Origin: Paraspadella gotoi
Lineage: Eukaryota; Animalia; Chaetognatha
Assembly: GCA_051294375.1 (NCBI GenBank)
Contig: CM119267.1
Span: forward strand, 10,379,364 to 10,443,363
Length of the DNA stretch: 64,000 nucleotides
Direction of reading: 5' to 3'
A program made the position numbers and the translations under genes. The notes under the pieces were generated by a model, which was given only the letters and a program-made list of their open reading frames with translations, had not been told where the DNA came from and made no database searches. Positions 39,491 to 53,454 of this stretch are shown here, piece after piece (position 1 is the stretch's first letter; every line of letters starts with the position of its first letter).

Positions 39491-42006
39491 CTCCAAAAAA
39501 ATAACCGAATAAATAAACGAATTCGTCGCTAAGAAAGATCGTAACGTCGAGAAGCGCCTTGGTTTCGTCGCTAAGGAGAGCTCGTCGCGTTGCTAAGGGG
39601 AGCTCGTCGCGCCGCGAGGGGCGGTTCGAGACGTCTCCGAGGGAATTTAGGCGTTGCTAAGGGAATTCGTTGCGTCTTTGAGGGTTCGAGAAAAGAGATA
39701 AGCGAGAAGACAATAGAAAATGCTAAGGATTTTGGGGGTTTATCTGGATTGTATTACTTAATAATTCTTATCCAAGGACTGAATATTTCGAAACTGCACT
39801 TAATCCTAACCCGTGCTTTCAAAATTATTAAAAAGCTAAAAAATAAAGCGCTGCATATTTATAAAGGTCGTTGCTTCGAACTCCTCCGGAGGAATCGAAT
39901 TTTTTTTTCTAATTAAATTCAACGTATAAATTAATCGAGTCTCGAAGAAGCTTTTTTAAGATGTTAACAATTCTTTAGTATGAAGGCGAGGGTCAATTTG
40001 TTTCGTTTCATAACAAAGGATGTTATTTAGAAGTTAACGCATCACGGAAATTAATTTTAAACAATTTAAGTTTGCCAATGTTGATCTCTTTTACGATACT
40101 AATCGATATCACATACTAATAATTTGTAAATAAAATAGAAACGGAAGTTCACTTTGCATCCTAGCCATTAAAAAGGATCGTAGAAGCAGAGCCCGTGCTA
40201 TATTCTACTTTCGCCGGATTATCCTCGACCTTTTCCGAGGGACGAAGGCGACTTTAATCTTCGTCCCAAAAGATCTTCCTCCACATTCTTTCCCTACCCC
40301 CCTCCCGGCCCCCCCTTTTTTTTCCCTCCTCAGACTTTCCCTGGCCACCTGACTTCATTCCACCCTTTCTTGATAATCTCCACAACCCCTTAAATCATCT
40401 CCCGCGCCCCATTTTTTGCCTACACTATCTTTAGTACAACAAGTTAGTTCCCCGTCACCCTTGTCCCTCAAACTTTCCCAAAAGAAGAAAAAAAAGAAGA
40501 AAAAGAAAAAAAAACCGTCCCGCAGCGGGAATAACAGTTAAGCCGGCGCGAAAACCCGGAGGACAAACGTTAGATGGCGACCGGGGCGCGAAGTCTGACG
40601 GCGTCGTGAGAAACAAAAAGGGGGGGTGGGAGATGCAGGGTGGGGGGGAAGAAATAAAAGAGCATCGGAGTGGAGGAAGGGAAAGATAAGAAGTTGGGAG
40701 GCGGACGAAAAAGAAAATATGAGATAAACAAAGAGAGAGCGGGAAATAAGAAATAGAGAGAGAGGATTTATAGTTGGAGAGAGAGAAGGAGAGAGGGAGA
40801 GAGGAAGAAAGGGAAAAAAGTAGAGAGGGAGGGAGAGAGGGAGAGAGAAGAGGATAGCAAACTGCTTTGAAAATGAGCTCAGCTGATACGATGGACGGTA
40901 GGAAAGTAAGTAAAAGAAGGTACGTAAATCAAATGGAAGAGGAAAGTTAGAAACTATAAATTCTTGACGGATGCTACTGTAGAAAAAGAAAAGAAATAAT
41001 GTACGTGAACCTAACTATTTAAAAACAAATAAAATAATCGGGTATTTAAAAAGAGGAGAAAAAATCCCCGGCAATAAAGACGAAGAGACAAACGGAGAGA
41101 CAGAAACACATTTCCCGTTTATGAAACAGGAAATAAAAAGAGCGGGTGTTGCTGCCAATTCTTCCTTTCGGAAGCGGAACAAATAACCAGACGAGAAACC
41201 AGGGAGAAAGACGCCGAAGAAAGAAAAAGGGAAAAAAACAGATGAACACAACAAAACCGAAAAAAAGAGGGAGAAAATGTTGAGGGACCAGTTTGACCGG
41301 AAACAGATTTAGCTATATGATGATGACGATGAGGATGATGGCGCCAACGTCACGGTGACGTTCGGAGATGATTCGCAGATGACCCTACAGATTATTCAAG
41401 GAGCGTCTGTGAAAAGTTGCCTCGAGATAAGCGATACAGTTTTTTTTTGTTTTGTTTACTGAGCGTTATTCTTCCGTCGGAATTTTAAGGTCCGCCTCAA
41501 AATAGAGACGCCGGTGATGCTCGACGGAAAAGTGGTACAGTTTGGCGGATTTACAATTGTACATAAGTGGAACGAAATTTGAAAGAAGATATAAGTAAAT
41601 GTTGGATGGGGGAGAAAGAAAGAAAGAAAAAAAAGTAAAATAAATAGCTTTAAGAAAAGAAAGTTAGGAAAAAAGCAAGAAAGTTTATCATACTTGTAAG
41701 CGTACCAAATCCGAAAGACTGAAAAGGAGAAAGAATTGGAACAAAATTTCAAGCAAAACATAAACAAACTTTGATGGAGAATCCAAGAAAGAAAAAGAAA
41801 GAAAAAAAAAGAAAAGAAAAAAAAAGACTCTGTATCCCATGTAAAAGAACTATATTGGAAAGACTGGGGGGAAAAAAAAACTTTTTTTATTTAAAGCAAG
41901 AAAAGAATGAACGAGTTTATAAGAACGTAGTACTGCTGGGAAAATTCAAAAGAAAGCAGGAAGGAAGGAGATGGAGAGAGAGTGAGAAAGAAAAGAGCCA
42001 CAAGGG

Positions 42007-42037
<31 letters not shown>

Positions 42038-44412
42038 GCGTAGTGGGAGGGAGATGAAAAGAGATTTGGAGAGAAGATAAAGGTTTGAAAATCTCGAGAC
42101 AATTCGATTAAACTTTAAAGCGACGGCGACGAAGACCGAAGGCAGATGAAAAACTTTTTTTGTGTGTGTGTTTGTGTGTGTCTGTGTGTTTCACGATTTT
42201 AAGAAAATTGAGCACCTTATTATTTTTTTTTAAGTACAAAAATGGCCTCTTTCTTTTCCCCGTTTTAAATTCCTTTTCAAGTGCAGAGACGAAGTTGAGA
42301 CGGATATATTTATCACGCAGACCTTTTTTTATTTTAATTAGTTTCCCAGCAAGTTTTAAAAAAAGGAAACTTTTATTTATTTTTACTTTCTTTTTTTCTT
42401 AAGAAATAAATAAAATTTGTGGCAGTTCGATCGTTGGAGAGGAAACTGGGCAATTAACCGAACAATGTACCTCGTTCTCCTTCTCGATGCCCGAACATTT
42501 CGAACAATGAAAAAAAAATAAACTTCAAAAGTCATTGGCCAGTCGCAGGTGCGCCACTCAGACTATCGAGTTATTGCTACTTTCGAAAGTTTTTTTCTTC
42601 TCTCTCTCTCTCTCTTTTATCACGTGATATTTTTTTTTCGAACATTATTTTCGTGTTTATCGCTGTATCGACGCGACCGAACCCTCCTGCGAGAAAACAG
42701 ATTTACAACCTACGAAAAAATCCAGCCGACGACCTCTTCGACTCTACGATAACCAGAGAGAGAGAGAGAGGGAGAGAGAGAGAGAGACGATAGACCTTTG
42801 CTTCCCGATAACCCAATTGTTTTGGCCTAATCTATGTTTAAAAAAAAAAAAGAAACCATTAAAAACGAAAAGAGGGGAAAAAACACTTCATTAGTCATTT
42901 CGACAAGTGAGAAAGAGAAGAGTTGAATTTCGAAGAAAATGAAGGGAAAAAAAATCTAAATTCGAGAGAACGATTTGTCTCCGTTCGTGTTTTTTGTGTT
43001 TTTTTCATTTTAATCTTATGTTTTCTTTTAATTCGTTGTTATCGCTTTGGAAAGGGATACAAAATAGGGATAAAAAAAAAACAAACTAGGCCTATTTTTA
43101 GAAAATTGTGAGAAAAAAATAGGGGGTAATTCGAAAATAAACAGCCGGCCAGAGATAACTGCGCGTCGGAAGGCGTGGAAGGGCTTCACGACGTCGTTTC
43201 GAAAAAAAAAAAAAAAATAGAAACGATAACAAATTCGATTCGGGATCGAAAATCGACGCAGTTTAAAATAAATTTAAAGGAGAAAATTAAAATGATAATT
43301 GTCGTCATCGTCATCGTACGACAATGACAGCGAATAGCGTCGAGGGGATTAAACTTGATTAAAGCACAAGCCAGTTAATTTGTAGATAATTTGGAATCGA
43401 TTTGTTTTTTTTTCGGGATGTTTTTTCGATTTGTTTTGTGTATTGTTAGCGAAAGTCGAAAAATTTCGTTTTCACTGAAGTCTGATGTCAACCAGAAAAC
43501 AATCGAGATGAGAAAGAAGAGAGAAGAAGAGAGAGACCAGATGAGAAGAGAGAGAAGAGAGGATGAGAGACGAATGATAGAGAGGAGGAGAGAGGCATAA
43601 GCGGGGAAGTCGTCCGGGCGCGATGGGTAAGGCTTTTTTTATTTCAAGGTTAAGGGCGCTATGCATTGGCCGAGAGAGGAGAGAGAAGAGAAGGAAGAGA
43701 GAGAGATGGAAGAGAGAGGGGAGGGAGAGAGGGAGAGAAAGAGAGTAGAGAGAGGAGAACGAGGAGAAGAGAGAGAGATGACGAGAGGAAGGTGGTGAAG
43801 AATAGTGAGGCAGGTCGAGTGTTGAGAGAGCAGGCGAAAGCCGGGGGAAGAACGCAGCAGGAGCGGCAGAGACCGAGTGAGAGAGAGAGGAGAGACATGA
43901 GACGAGGAGAGAGCGAGGACTGAGCGGGAGGGATGAGAAACGAACCGAAGACCGAAAGAGAGAGAAGAGAGACTAGAGGACGAGAGGAGAGGAGGAGAGA
44001 AGAGAGAGACGATGAGAGAGATCAGGGGAGAGGAGTGGGGAGAGGACGGTGTAAAGTGGGATGATGGAGATTTGAGAGAGAGAGGAGGAGAGAGAGAGGA
44101 GAGGAAAAACTCGACATTTTCAGCGAGAACGATGACGACGTCGACGACGATATTCGCGACGACGAGCGACGTCACTTGTTTCTTCGTCGCCGAGAAGAGA
44201 AATAGTCACGTGACTCAGTGGAAAAATAAAGAGAAAACTCGTTTCCATGGCGACCCGGGGATCCGTTCCCGCCAAACGAGAGATTGAGAGAGCGAGAGGG
44301 GATTGGAAGGATGGGGAAAAGCGAGAAGAGAGGAAGAGCGGAAGGAATAAGAGGGAGAATGGGGGGAAAAAATAGGAGAGGGAATAATGAGAAAGATTGG
44401 AAAAGTGAAAGA

Positions 44413-44672
44413 GAGGGAAAAATAAGGATTGAAGAAAAGGAAAATAAGGGAAAAATAAGGATTGAAGAAAGGGAAAATAAGGGAAAAATAAGGATTGAAG
44501 AAAGGGAAAATAAGGGGAAAATAAGGATTGAAGAAAGGAAAAAATAAAGATTGAAGAAATGGAAAAATAAGGGAAAAATAAGGATTGAAGAAAGGGAAAA
44601 ATAGGGGAAAAATAAGGATTGAAGAAAGGGAAAAATAAAGATTGAAGAAAGAGAAAAATAAGGATTGAAAAA
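44413..44672. repeat. Purine-rich minisatellite, 22/33-bp units (AATAAGGATTGAAGAAAGGGAAAATAAGGGAAA)
   Basis: About 9 recurrences of the AGGATTGAAGAAAG-type core; noisier copy at ~49855-50030. Confidence 0.88.
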
Positions 44673-45315
44673 AGTGAAAAAAAAGAGAAAATAAATGAGG
44701 AGAAAGAGACTGAGATAAAGTGGGATAAGAAGATTAAAACTGATTGGTATCCAGTGATTGTTGGACTTGAAGAAACTATAAAAGTACACTCGCGTTGCCT
44801 CAGAAAAATAGTTTGCATTTTTTTTATCTGCAAAGATTTGTTTCATCTCTTTATCTATAATATCATTCAACTATCAATAAACTTTTTATATATGTATATT
44901 ATTAGTTTTGTCTTCCTAACTGTCCGACCGAAAAAGCGTCTTGTTTCGTTGCAAGCCGCGAAAGCACATGATTTAAAAAAATGAGAAACAAGTTGAGGGT
45001 AAATTAAAAGAAAATCTCGATTATTCAAATGCAAATACGGAGAGAGGAGATGAGAGAGATGAGATGAGAGAGAGAGAGAGAGAGAGAGAGATGAGATGAG
45101 AGAGAGAGAGAGAGATGAGGAGAGAAAGTCTTCGGTAAGGCGGGGAAAATATTTCGAATATTAATATTTCCTTCTTTCGTGCAGAATACGTCAGTGGATC
45201 CGTCCCGATTTCTCGGAGGAGAGATTTATATCGGACGAAGAATAAGAAGAAGAATGAAGAAGAAGAAAGAAGAACAACGACAACAACAAAATCTTTTTCT
45301 TCGCGAGGAACTCAC

Positions 45316-45924
45316 GTTTTGCGAAGTTGACTTGTGGAAGGGGGGGGACGGGGCGGTGGGGAGGGGGAGTCAGGCAGGTGAGATAGGAAGAGAAAGCAGG
45401 AGAAATAAGACGGATAAAATCTGGCCTGGTTCTCACAGATTTTTTTGGTTAGATTTTTGTGCCCGGTAGCGATGGCGTTTGGCAGGTTGAAGTAGTATAG
45501 TATGTAGTTGTAGTATGTACGTATAAGTATCAATTGTAGAATTTTAATAACTGTAACGATTACGATAATGAAACGTGATGTTTATTAAAATCGGTTGATA
45601 GTTTGTACCGTATTAATTATTTTAATTACGTTTTTGAATAATATTTACGATATTGATCCTTTCTATCGTCTACGTTTGTAGTTTAAAGGATGAAAATTTT
45701 GTTAAATGTTTCTATAACGATTTTATTTTTTGTATTATAACGGACATGTTTTGCTTTCGTGCAAGCCTTCCGGCGTTACAAGTTGGTTATAATTTTGACA
45801 AAAAATATTTGTATGTTATCAGCGTTGTGCACCTCAAAACTAAAAAAAGAAATAGTAACTAAAGAAAAGATTTGTTTGGAGGTCGGGAGTGATTCCTCGA
45901 CGGTTAGTGACAGGGAAAGACTGC

Positions 45925-45988
<64 letters not shown>

Positions 45989-46117
45989 AGAAGAAGAAGA
46001 GATAAATGACCCACGTAATGTGGGCCGATGCTTCACCGATTCCGAGCGCGAGCATCGAAGAGGTGAGTTGAGGAAGAGAAAATTAGGTGAACGTGAAAGG
46101 TTGAAAATGACTAAGAT

Positions 46118-46182
<65 letters not shown>

Positions 46183-46950
46183 CGGATGTCAGGTTGTGCA
46201 AGGTGGAAAGTAAAAGAGATGAGTACGGGAGGAAGGGGCGAGATGAGGAGAGAGGAGAGAAGGAGGAGAGGAACGACTTGGAAAATTGAAAAAAGGAGAG
46301 ACCTTTCTGGTGAATCGCTTTTCAAGGGGATTCCCCGAGGAGAGAGAGAGAGAGAGATAGATGAGAGAAGAGGAGAGAGATGAGAGAATATATATATAGT
46401 ATATATATATATCCTGAGTGATGTTCGAATACTAAGGATGAGAACCTTACCTCGACGCTTCTCACTGCTGAACGAGAGTGAGAGAGAGAAAGTGTGGATG
46501 AGAATGAGAAGAGAATGAGGGGGGAGGAGGAGGAGGGCGGAGAGGAGGAGGTAGGACATCGAGAAAGTCCGCTTCTCTTCCTCGTCATGTTTCGCTTTTT
46601 TGTTTCGCTTCGTCGCCGAAAGACAAAAAAAAAAAAAAAAATTCTCTGGAAACTCAGATTTTCACACAGATTCGAAAGAAGAAAAACAAACGCGAGTACC
46701 ATCGGCGTCGCCATTCTGTTGTCAGAGAGCGTGAGAGCGAGAGGCGAGAGAGAGAGCGAGAGAGAGAGAGAGCCTTTTTTGAATCGGAACCCGGGGAAGA
46801 CGACGGGCGTGAGGAAGAATATTCATCCGAGTCCCGACGAAATGTTGACCAGGAAATGCGATCAAAAGGCGCGGGAGGATGATGCCGACCACAAGATGCG
46901 ATCGCACGATGTGACCATGTCTGCAACATCGAGCGCTGGACTCGACCGCT
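45316..46950 (-). CDS. Possible exons of a low-complexity protein (PVPPLPQVNFAK; FDRISWSTFRRDSDEYSSS); duplicate at ~50630-52190
   Basis: Minus-strand donor AAAC|GTGAGT at 45315. The peptides are retained in both duplicate copies. Confidence 0.25.
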
Positions 46951-47088
46951 TGATTTGGGGGGGAACAAAAGGGAATATATTTTTTTACAATGCGTCGAGT
47001 AAGACGCGGCAAAGTTAAGTTGTACTAAATTTGGCTTTTTAAAATTCTATGAAAAAAAGATTTTTAAAAAAATGTATTTATATTTATT

Positions 47089-47220
47089 ATCAAGCCTGAA
47101 CGGCGAGCCGTCAGGCTTGATCATTGATTCGGGTGAGCTTCTTTGTGACGTAGTCGTCGTCGTCGTCTGTCGGCTGTCGTCGTCGTCTAGGTCGTCTGTA
47201 GATACCGCGTAACTTTACGG
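47089..47220 (+). mobile_element. Possible 5' end of a non-autonomous Helentron/DINE-1-like element
   Basis: Hairpin ATCAAGCCTGA-a-CGGC-ga-GCCG-TCAGGCTTGAT (47089-47121) after a T-rich site, followed by a GTC/GTCT-rich microsatellite at ~47153-47198. The 3' end was not located. Confidence 0.35.
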
Positions 47221-49229
47221 TTCTGTTTTTTTCTAACCGAGCGTATAAACAAGTCCATTATACCCTTACCTCGACAGACTTCCTTGAAAGGTTGGCATGT
47301 GACCTTAACCGTTCCTTTTAAAATAAAAAATTATATACTGAACTATATGATGTAAACGTTTTTACAAAAAGTGATGCATTCATAGTCTAAGTTAAAAATT
47401 AGAATATGGCTTCTCAATCTTGAAAATAAGCTTTGAATATTTTCTTATATCATTTGGATTTTAATATTTATTTTGTTTGAATTTCACTTCATTATGATTT
47501 ACTGCAATATGCAATAGAGATTATAGTACTCATATCATCATCAAATTAGTACTATAGAAATGCTTATATCTAATTTACATATTGCGAGTCATGATAATAT
47601 GAAGATGAAGATTCAAAAAATTTTTTTTAAATCGTCGTATAAAAATGGGAATCAAAATAACATTTTTAATGAAAGCTATATCTTAATTTTAATACAAATA
47701 AAAATAATCTTGTGTACAAGCATGCGATTGGAAAAAATGGTTGGAAAATTTCCAATTGTAAACCAGTTGTAACATTTCTTTTGCCTTTTCTTTTATTTCT
47801 TTTTTCTTCTTTTATTTACAAAAAAAACGAGTGTAGTTTTCGACTGTACAGCAGCTTCAAGCAGCTGTCCAGCTTTTGTCCTGTTTCTCTCTCTTCTCTT
47901 TGTCTCTTTCTCTCTTTACGATTCTTGCGTGATCTTCCTTTTTTTTGAAAAAGATTACTGATTATGTTTTTCTTTCTAAAATCTTTTATTCGGGGCGTTT
48001 TTCCTCACATACAAAAATACCAAATTTACATCCGAGATTTTCGATGGATACATTTTAAAAAAGTGAAGAATAACTGTATATTGACATGCATTGTCACATG
48101 TAATCAGCTAATGTAGACTTATTAATATATGCAGCACTTTTGGCCGAGACAATATTGCATTACATTTTTAAAAAAAAATAAATTTATATTATTTAATTAT
48201 TTGTAACTTTGAACCGTGTTGGCCACTCATGTTGGCAATTATATCTAAAAATAGGAGTATGATTAAGAGAGATATCGTCAATTTAAAATTTATTTTTTTG
48301 TGTATTCTGATATTGTATACTATTATTAAATTTTATTAAATATTTTTATGTATGATATTTAATCATTTTTATTCTTTTTTTTAAATAAAATATTTGAATT
48401 GTGATAGACTTTAACTATTAAATGCAAATATAAAATTTGACCTCAGGTCTGTTTCCTTTCTACAAAAAAGAAACAATCAAAACATTTCATTACAAGATTA
48501 AAATATTTTTCCAAAATGAGGAAAATAAAATTTTTTTTGATATTAAGTAAAACAAGAATATTTAGGAAAGGTCAAAAATATCATAGATCGGTTAAACTGA
48601 GTATTTTCAAAACTATATATTTTGTTAATAGGGATTAGAATTTTTGGAATCATTTTCATTATTGAAAAGAGTTAGCTTTATTCAAGTTTTTTTCTTAGTG
48701 AATAGGGTAGCCCTCTCAATGGGGTGTAGAATCAAAAATTTAGTATGGGACATGCTTATAGAAGGAAAAAAGAGTTCGTCACCTACTCATATTCGTCGAG
48801 AAAATGAGTTGCAGCTCTGCAGCGGCCGGCTTCTAGCGGCAGGATCCAGCGGCTGTCCGCTTCTCTTCTCTCTCTTTCTTCTCTCTCTCTCTTTCTCTCT
48901 CTCTTTTTTTTCCTTCTAAAAAAACTTTTAATTATCGGGCATTCATTCGCGTTTTCTTCCTCATACAAAATCCAAATTTACATCCGAGATTTTCGTGGAT
49001 TTTTTCCCTAAAAATTTCTGATGCGTTCAGTTGCGGGCGAGGAAACTGTCCAGCCTCTCTCTCTCTCTCTTCTCTTCTCTGCNNNNNNNNNNNNNNNNNN
49101 NNNNNNNGAGAGAGAGAGAGGAGGAGGAGGAGAGCAAAGCGGGGAAAGTCGTCCGGGCGCGAGGTAGGGCTTTTTTATTAGGTAAGAGGCTATGCATTGG
49201 CCGAGAGGAGAAGAGAGGAGAGAGAGACG

Positions 49230-49267
<38 letters not shown>

Positions 49268-49501
49268 GAGAAGGGAGAGAGAGAGAGAAGGTGAGTAAGA
49301 AAGTGGCGAGGCTCCGGTGGTTGAGAGAGCGCAGGCGAAGCGCGGAAACGCAGCAGGAGCGGCAGAGACGCGAGTGAGAGAGAGAGAGAGACAGGAAGAA
49401 GCGAGAGAAGCGAGGACCTGAGCGAGGGGGATGAGAAACGAACCGAAGAGAGAGAGAGAGATAGAGAAGAGAGAGAGAGGAGAGAGGAGAGAGAGGAGAG
49501 A

Positions 49502-49532
<31 letters not shown>

Positions 49533-51238
49533 AGAGAACGAAAACTCGACATTTTCAGTGAGAACGATGACGACGTTCGGACGACGATATTCGCGACGAC
49601 GAGCGACGTCACTTGTTTCTTTCGTCGCCGAGAAGAGAGAATAGTCACGTGACTCAGTTGGAAAATAAAAGAGAAACGTTCCATCGACGACCGGGGATCC
49701 GTTCCCGCCAAACGAGAGATTGAGAGAGCAGAGAGGAGGATTGGAAGGATGGGGAAGCGAAGAGAGGAAGCAGCGGAAGGAATAAGAGGGAGAATGTGGG
49801 GAAAAAAAGTAGGAGAGGAGATAATGAGAAAGATTGGAATAGTGAAAGAGAGGGACATAAGGATTGAAGAAAGGAAATAAGGGAAAAATAGGATTGAAAG
49901 AAGGGAAAATAGGGAAAAATTAAGGATTGAAAGGGAAAATAAGAGGAAATATGATTGAAGAAAGGAAAATAAAGATGAAGAAATGGAAAATAAAGGGAAA
50001 ATAAGATTGAAGAAAGGGAGAAATAGGGGGAATGTGAAGAAGTGAAGAAAACAGAGAAAATGATGAGGGAAGGAGCAGAGGCTGGTGGGATAAGAAGATA
50101 CTGATTGGTATAGCAGTGATGATTGGACTTGTGAAAGAAAATTATAAGGAAGTACACTCAGCGTCAAAAAATAAGTTTTTGCTATTCTTTTGTTTATCTG
50201 CGAAAGATTATGATTTCCATCTCTTATCTATAATATTATTCAACTATCTGATAACTTCTTTATATATGGTTGATATAAGTTATTTGAAACTGTCCCGAAA
50301 AGCGTCTTGTTTCGTTGCAAAGCCCGCGAAAAATGATTTTAAAAAATGAGAACAAGTTGAGGGTTAATTAAAAAAATCTCCAGTATTCAAATGCAAGGAA
50401 TAAGAAGAGGAGAGAGAGAGAGAGAGAGAGAGAAGGAGAGAGAAGAGATACTCTCGGTAAGGCGGAAATATCGATTAATATTCTCTCTTCGTGCAGAATT
50501 ACAGTCGGATGCGGTCCCCGATTTCTGCGGAGGAGAGATTTATTCGACGAGAATAAGAAGAAGAATAAGAAAGAAAGACAGAAGAGACAACGACAACAAC
50601 AAAATCTTTTTCTTCGCGAGGAACTCACGTTTTGCGAAGGTGACTTGTGGAAGGGGGGGGACGGGGGTGGTGGAGGGGGAGTCAGGCAAGGTGAGATAGG
50701 AGAGAGAAGCAGGAGAAATAAGACGGGATAAAATCTGGCCTGGTTCCACAGATTTTTTGGTTGAATTGTTTTGCGCCGTAGGCGATGGCGTTTGGCAGGT
50801 TGAAGTATGTAGTGGTAGATTGTAGTATGTACGTATAAAGTATCAATTGTAGAATTTTTAATAGCGTAACGATTACGATAATGAAACGTATGTTTATTAT
50901 AAAATCGGTTGATAGTTTTACGTATTAATTATTTTAAATTACAGTTTTTGAATAAATTATACGATATTGATCCTTTCTAGTCGTTACGTTTGTAGTTTAA
51001 AGGATGAAAATTTTGTTAATGTTTCATTAACGATTTATTTTTTGTATTATAACGGACATGTTTTGGCTTTCGTGCAAGCCTTCTCGGCGTAAACAGTTGT
51101 TATAATTTTGACAAAAATATTTGTAGTAGTTATCAGCGTGTTGCACTCAAAACTAAAAAAAGAAAATGTAAACTAAAGAAAAGATTTTGTTTGGAGGTCG
51201 GGAGTGATCCTCGACGGTTAGTGACAGGGAAAGACTGC

Positions 51239-51288
<50 letters not shown>

Positions 51289-51429
51289 GAGAGAGAGAAG
51301 AAGAGAAGAGAATGAGAAAATGACCCACGTAATGTGGGCCGATGCTTCACCGATCCGAGCGCGAGCCATCGAAGAGGTGAGTTGAGGAAGAGAAAATTAG
51401 GTGAACGTGAAAGGTGAAAATGACTGAGA

Positions 51430-51474
<45 letters not shown>

Positions 51475-51962
51475 CGAGAGAGAGGAGAGAGAGAGAGAGA
51501 GAGAGACGGATGTCAGGTGTGGTGAAGTAGAAGTAGAGAGATAGGTGCGCGAATATTCTGGTGATCGCTGATTGAGGATTATTATGTTTATATATAGTCT
51601 ATCTCTGAGTGTTGAAACTAAGGATGAGAGACTTACTTCTTTTTTTCTGGACGCTCTCTGCTCGCTGAGAGAGAGAAATGTGGATATGAGATTGGGACGA
51701 GAGGTCTCTGCCTTCTTTCTGGAGTTGTTTTTTTCGTTTTTTATTTTAGTTCGGTCTGGAGGAGGATAGAATTACCTGGTTTTATGTGTAACAAGTCGAG
51801 AAAGTTCGTGTGGATAGTGTGTGCGGAGAGGAAGGAGGGGAGGGGAAGACAGATCTTTAAAAAAAAATAATTTTAACCAGATTGTCACACGATGGATAGC
51901 CGCGACGTCGGCTCGGCCATTCTGTTGTCAGAGCGTGAGACGAAGAGAGAGAGAGAGAGAGC

Positions 51963-51997
<35 letters not shown>

Positions 51998-52904
51998 AGA
52001 GGAGGAGAGACCTTTTTTGAATCGGAAACCCGGGGAAGACGACGCGGTGAGGAAGAATATTCATCCGAGTCCCGACGAAATGTTGACCAGGAAATGCGAT
52101 CAAAAAGGGCGGGAGGATGATGCCGACCACAAGATGCGATCGCAACGAGATGACCATGTCTGGCAAACATCGAGCGCTGGACTCGACCGCTTGATTTTGG
52201 GGGGGGGGAACAAGAAAGGGAATATATTTTTACAATGCGTCGAGTAAGACGCGGCAAAGTAAAGTTGTACTAAATTTGCTTTTTAAATTCAACTAAATAA
52301 AAGATTTTTAAAAAAATATTTATTTATTGTATTTATTTATATTAATTTTATATTTAATTTATTTTTATTTTATCTTATTTATGTTATTTATTTTTATTTT
52401 ATTTTATTTATTTCATTTATTTATTATTTATTTAATTTATTTATTTAATTTTTATTATTATTTTTAAAATTTATTTATTTATTTATTCTATTTAATTATT
52501 TATATAATTTATTTACTTATTACACATTCAAGATTATTTAAGTTGTCCAAAAGAAAAAACTTTCAGAAATTTGTCCGGAGTTCGAAAGCGACAGGGAGGT
52601 AGTTGAAGGGGACGAAGATGAAGGGAGGCTCTCTGTTAATTTTTTTTTGGTTTTTATTGTTTTTTTTTCTTTTTTTTTTTTTTTTAAGCGGCTGATTTTT
52701 TTTTTTTATTGTTTTGATGGAGAGATGTTTGCGGGGGAAGTCCTGTGCGGGGAGAGATATTCATCCTTGAAACACTGGTAAGGTCGAAAAGTCCTTTGGG
52801 AAGAAAAAAGCAGAACTAAAGCTCGAGTCGGAATACGCGGTGGGTTGAAAAGAAAAAGGGTAATGTGGAATGAGGAATGAGAGAATTTAAGAAGAAATGA
52901 GAAT

Positions 52905-52981
<77 letters not shown>

Positions 52982-53454
52982 AGAGCGATTGATTTCGAAC
53001 AAAAAAAAAAACCCGCAAAAATAAAAACCGAGAGAAAAAGAAATGTGGGTGAGTCTCCCGAGTGAAAAATGAAGCCGGAGTCTTGGAAAGAGGGTAAGGC
53101 TAAGAGGGTAAGGGGGCGAAGAGGGAGATGTGAGACGATGAAGAATTGGAATGAGAAAAAGTTTAGATCGAGGAAACAAAGAAAGAATGATAAGAAGAAA
53201 TTAATTAAAACTAAAATAAAGGAAGGGAGAGGGAGAGCAGATGAATGGTTTTAAAGTCATCTCAGCGATATTTATTAAGTTAATGGCGAAAAAAAGGGAA
53301 TTAATTTTTTTTACAGATTTAAATGGTTCGTCGTCTATAGTTATTAATTAATATTTTCACTGCTCGTTATTCTTCTCACTCGCTATTTCCTCACGGTCTG
53401 AAATTATCTCAACGTTGTTTCTTGCCTGTATATATTTTCTCGGCATTGAAATAG

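Larger units (their letters stand above)
30310..43480 (+). repeat. Tandem duplication, ~6.5-kb unit (30310-37060 vs 37065-43480); its first ~1 kb also occurs at 24750-25740 (three copies)
   Basis: Colinear matches, e.g. 32400-32800/39120-39500, 34700/41300 and 36050/42530. Differences are mostly indels. Confidence 0.92.
43590..52320 (+). repeat. Direct duplication of ~3.3 kb (43590-47075 vs 49130-52320)
   Basis: Colinear from gcggggaagtcgtccgggcgc to gacgcggcaaagt..gttgtactaaattt. The second copy starts right after the 25-N gap at 49083-49107. Confidence 0.92.

Noticed and set aside
44413-44672. CRISPR-like array
   Set aside because: No unique spacers, no cas genes, and a eukaryotic context; it is a simple minisatellite.
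47850-49010. Short direct repeat 47850-48050 vs 48850-49010
   Set aside because: A noisy copy adjacent to the 25-N gap at 49083; likely the same gap-filling redundancy.
52320-52525. Nearly pure A/T low-complexity tract
   Set aside because: It starts where the duplicated copy ends and has no stable period; probably low-quality read sequence or a degenerate (TTTA)n.
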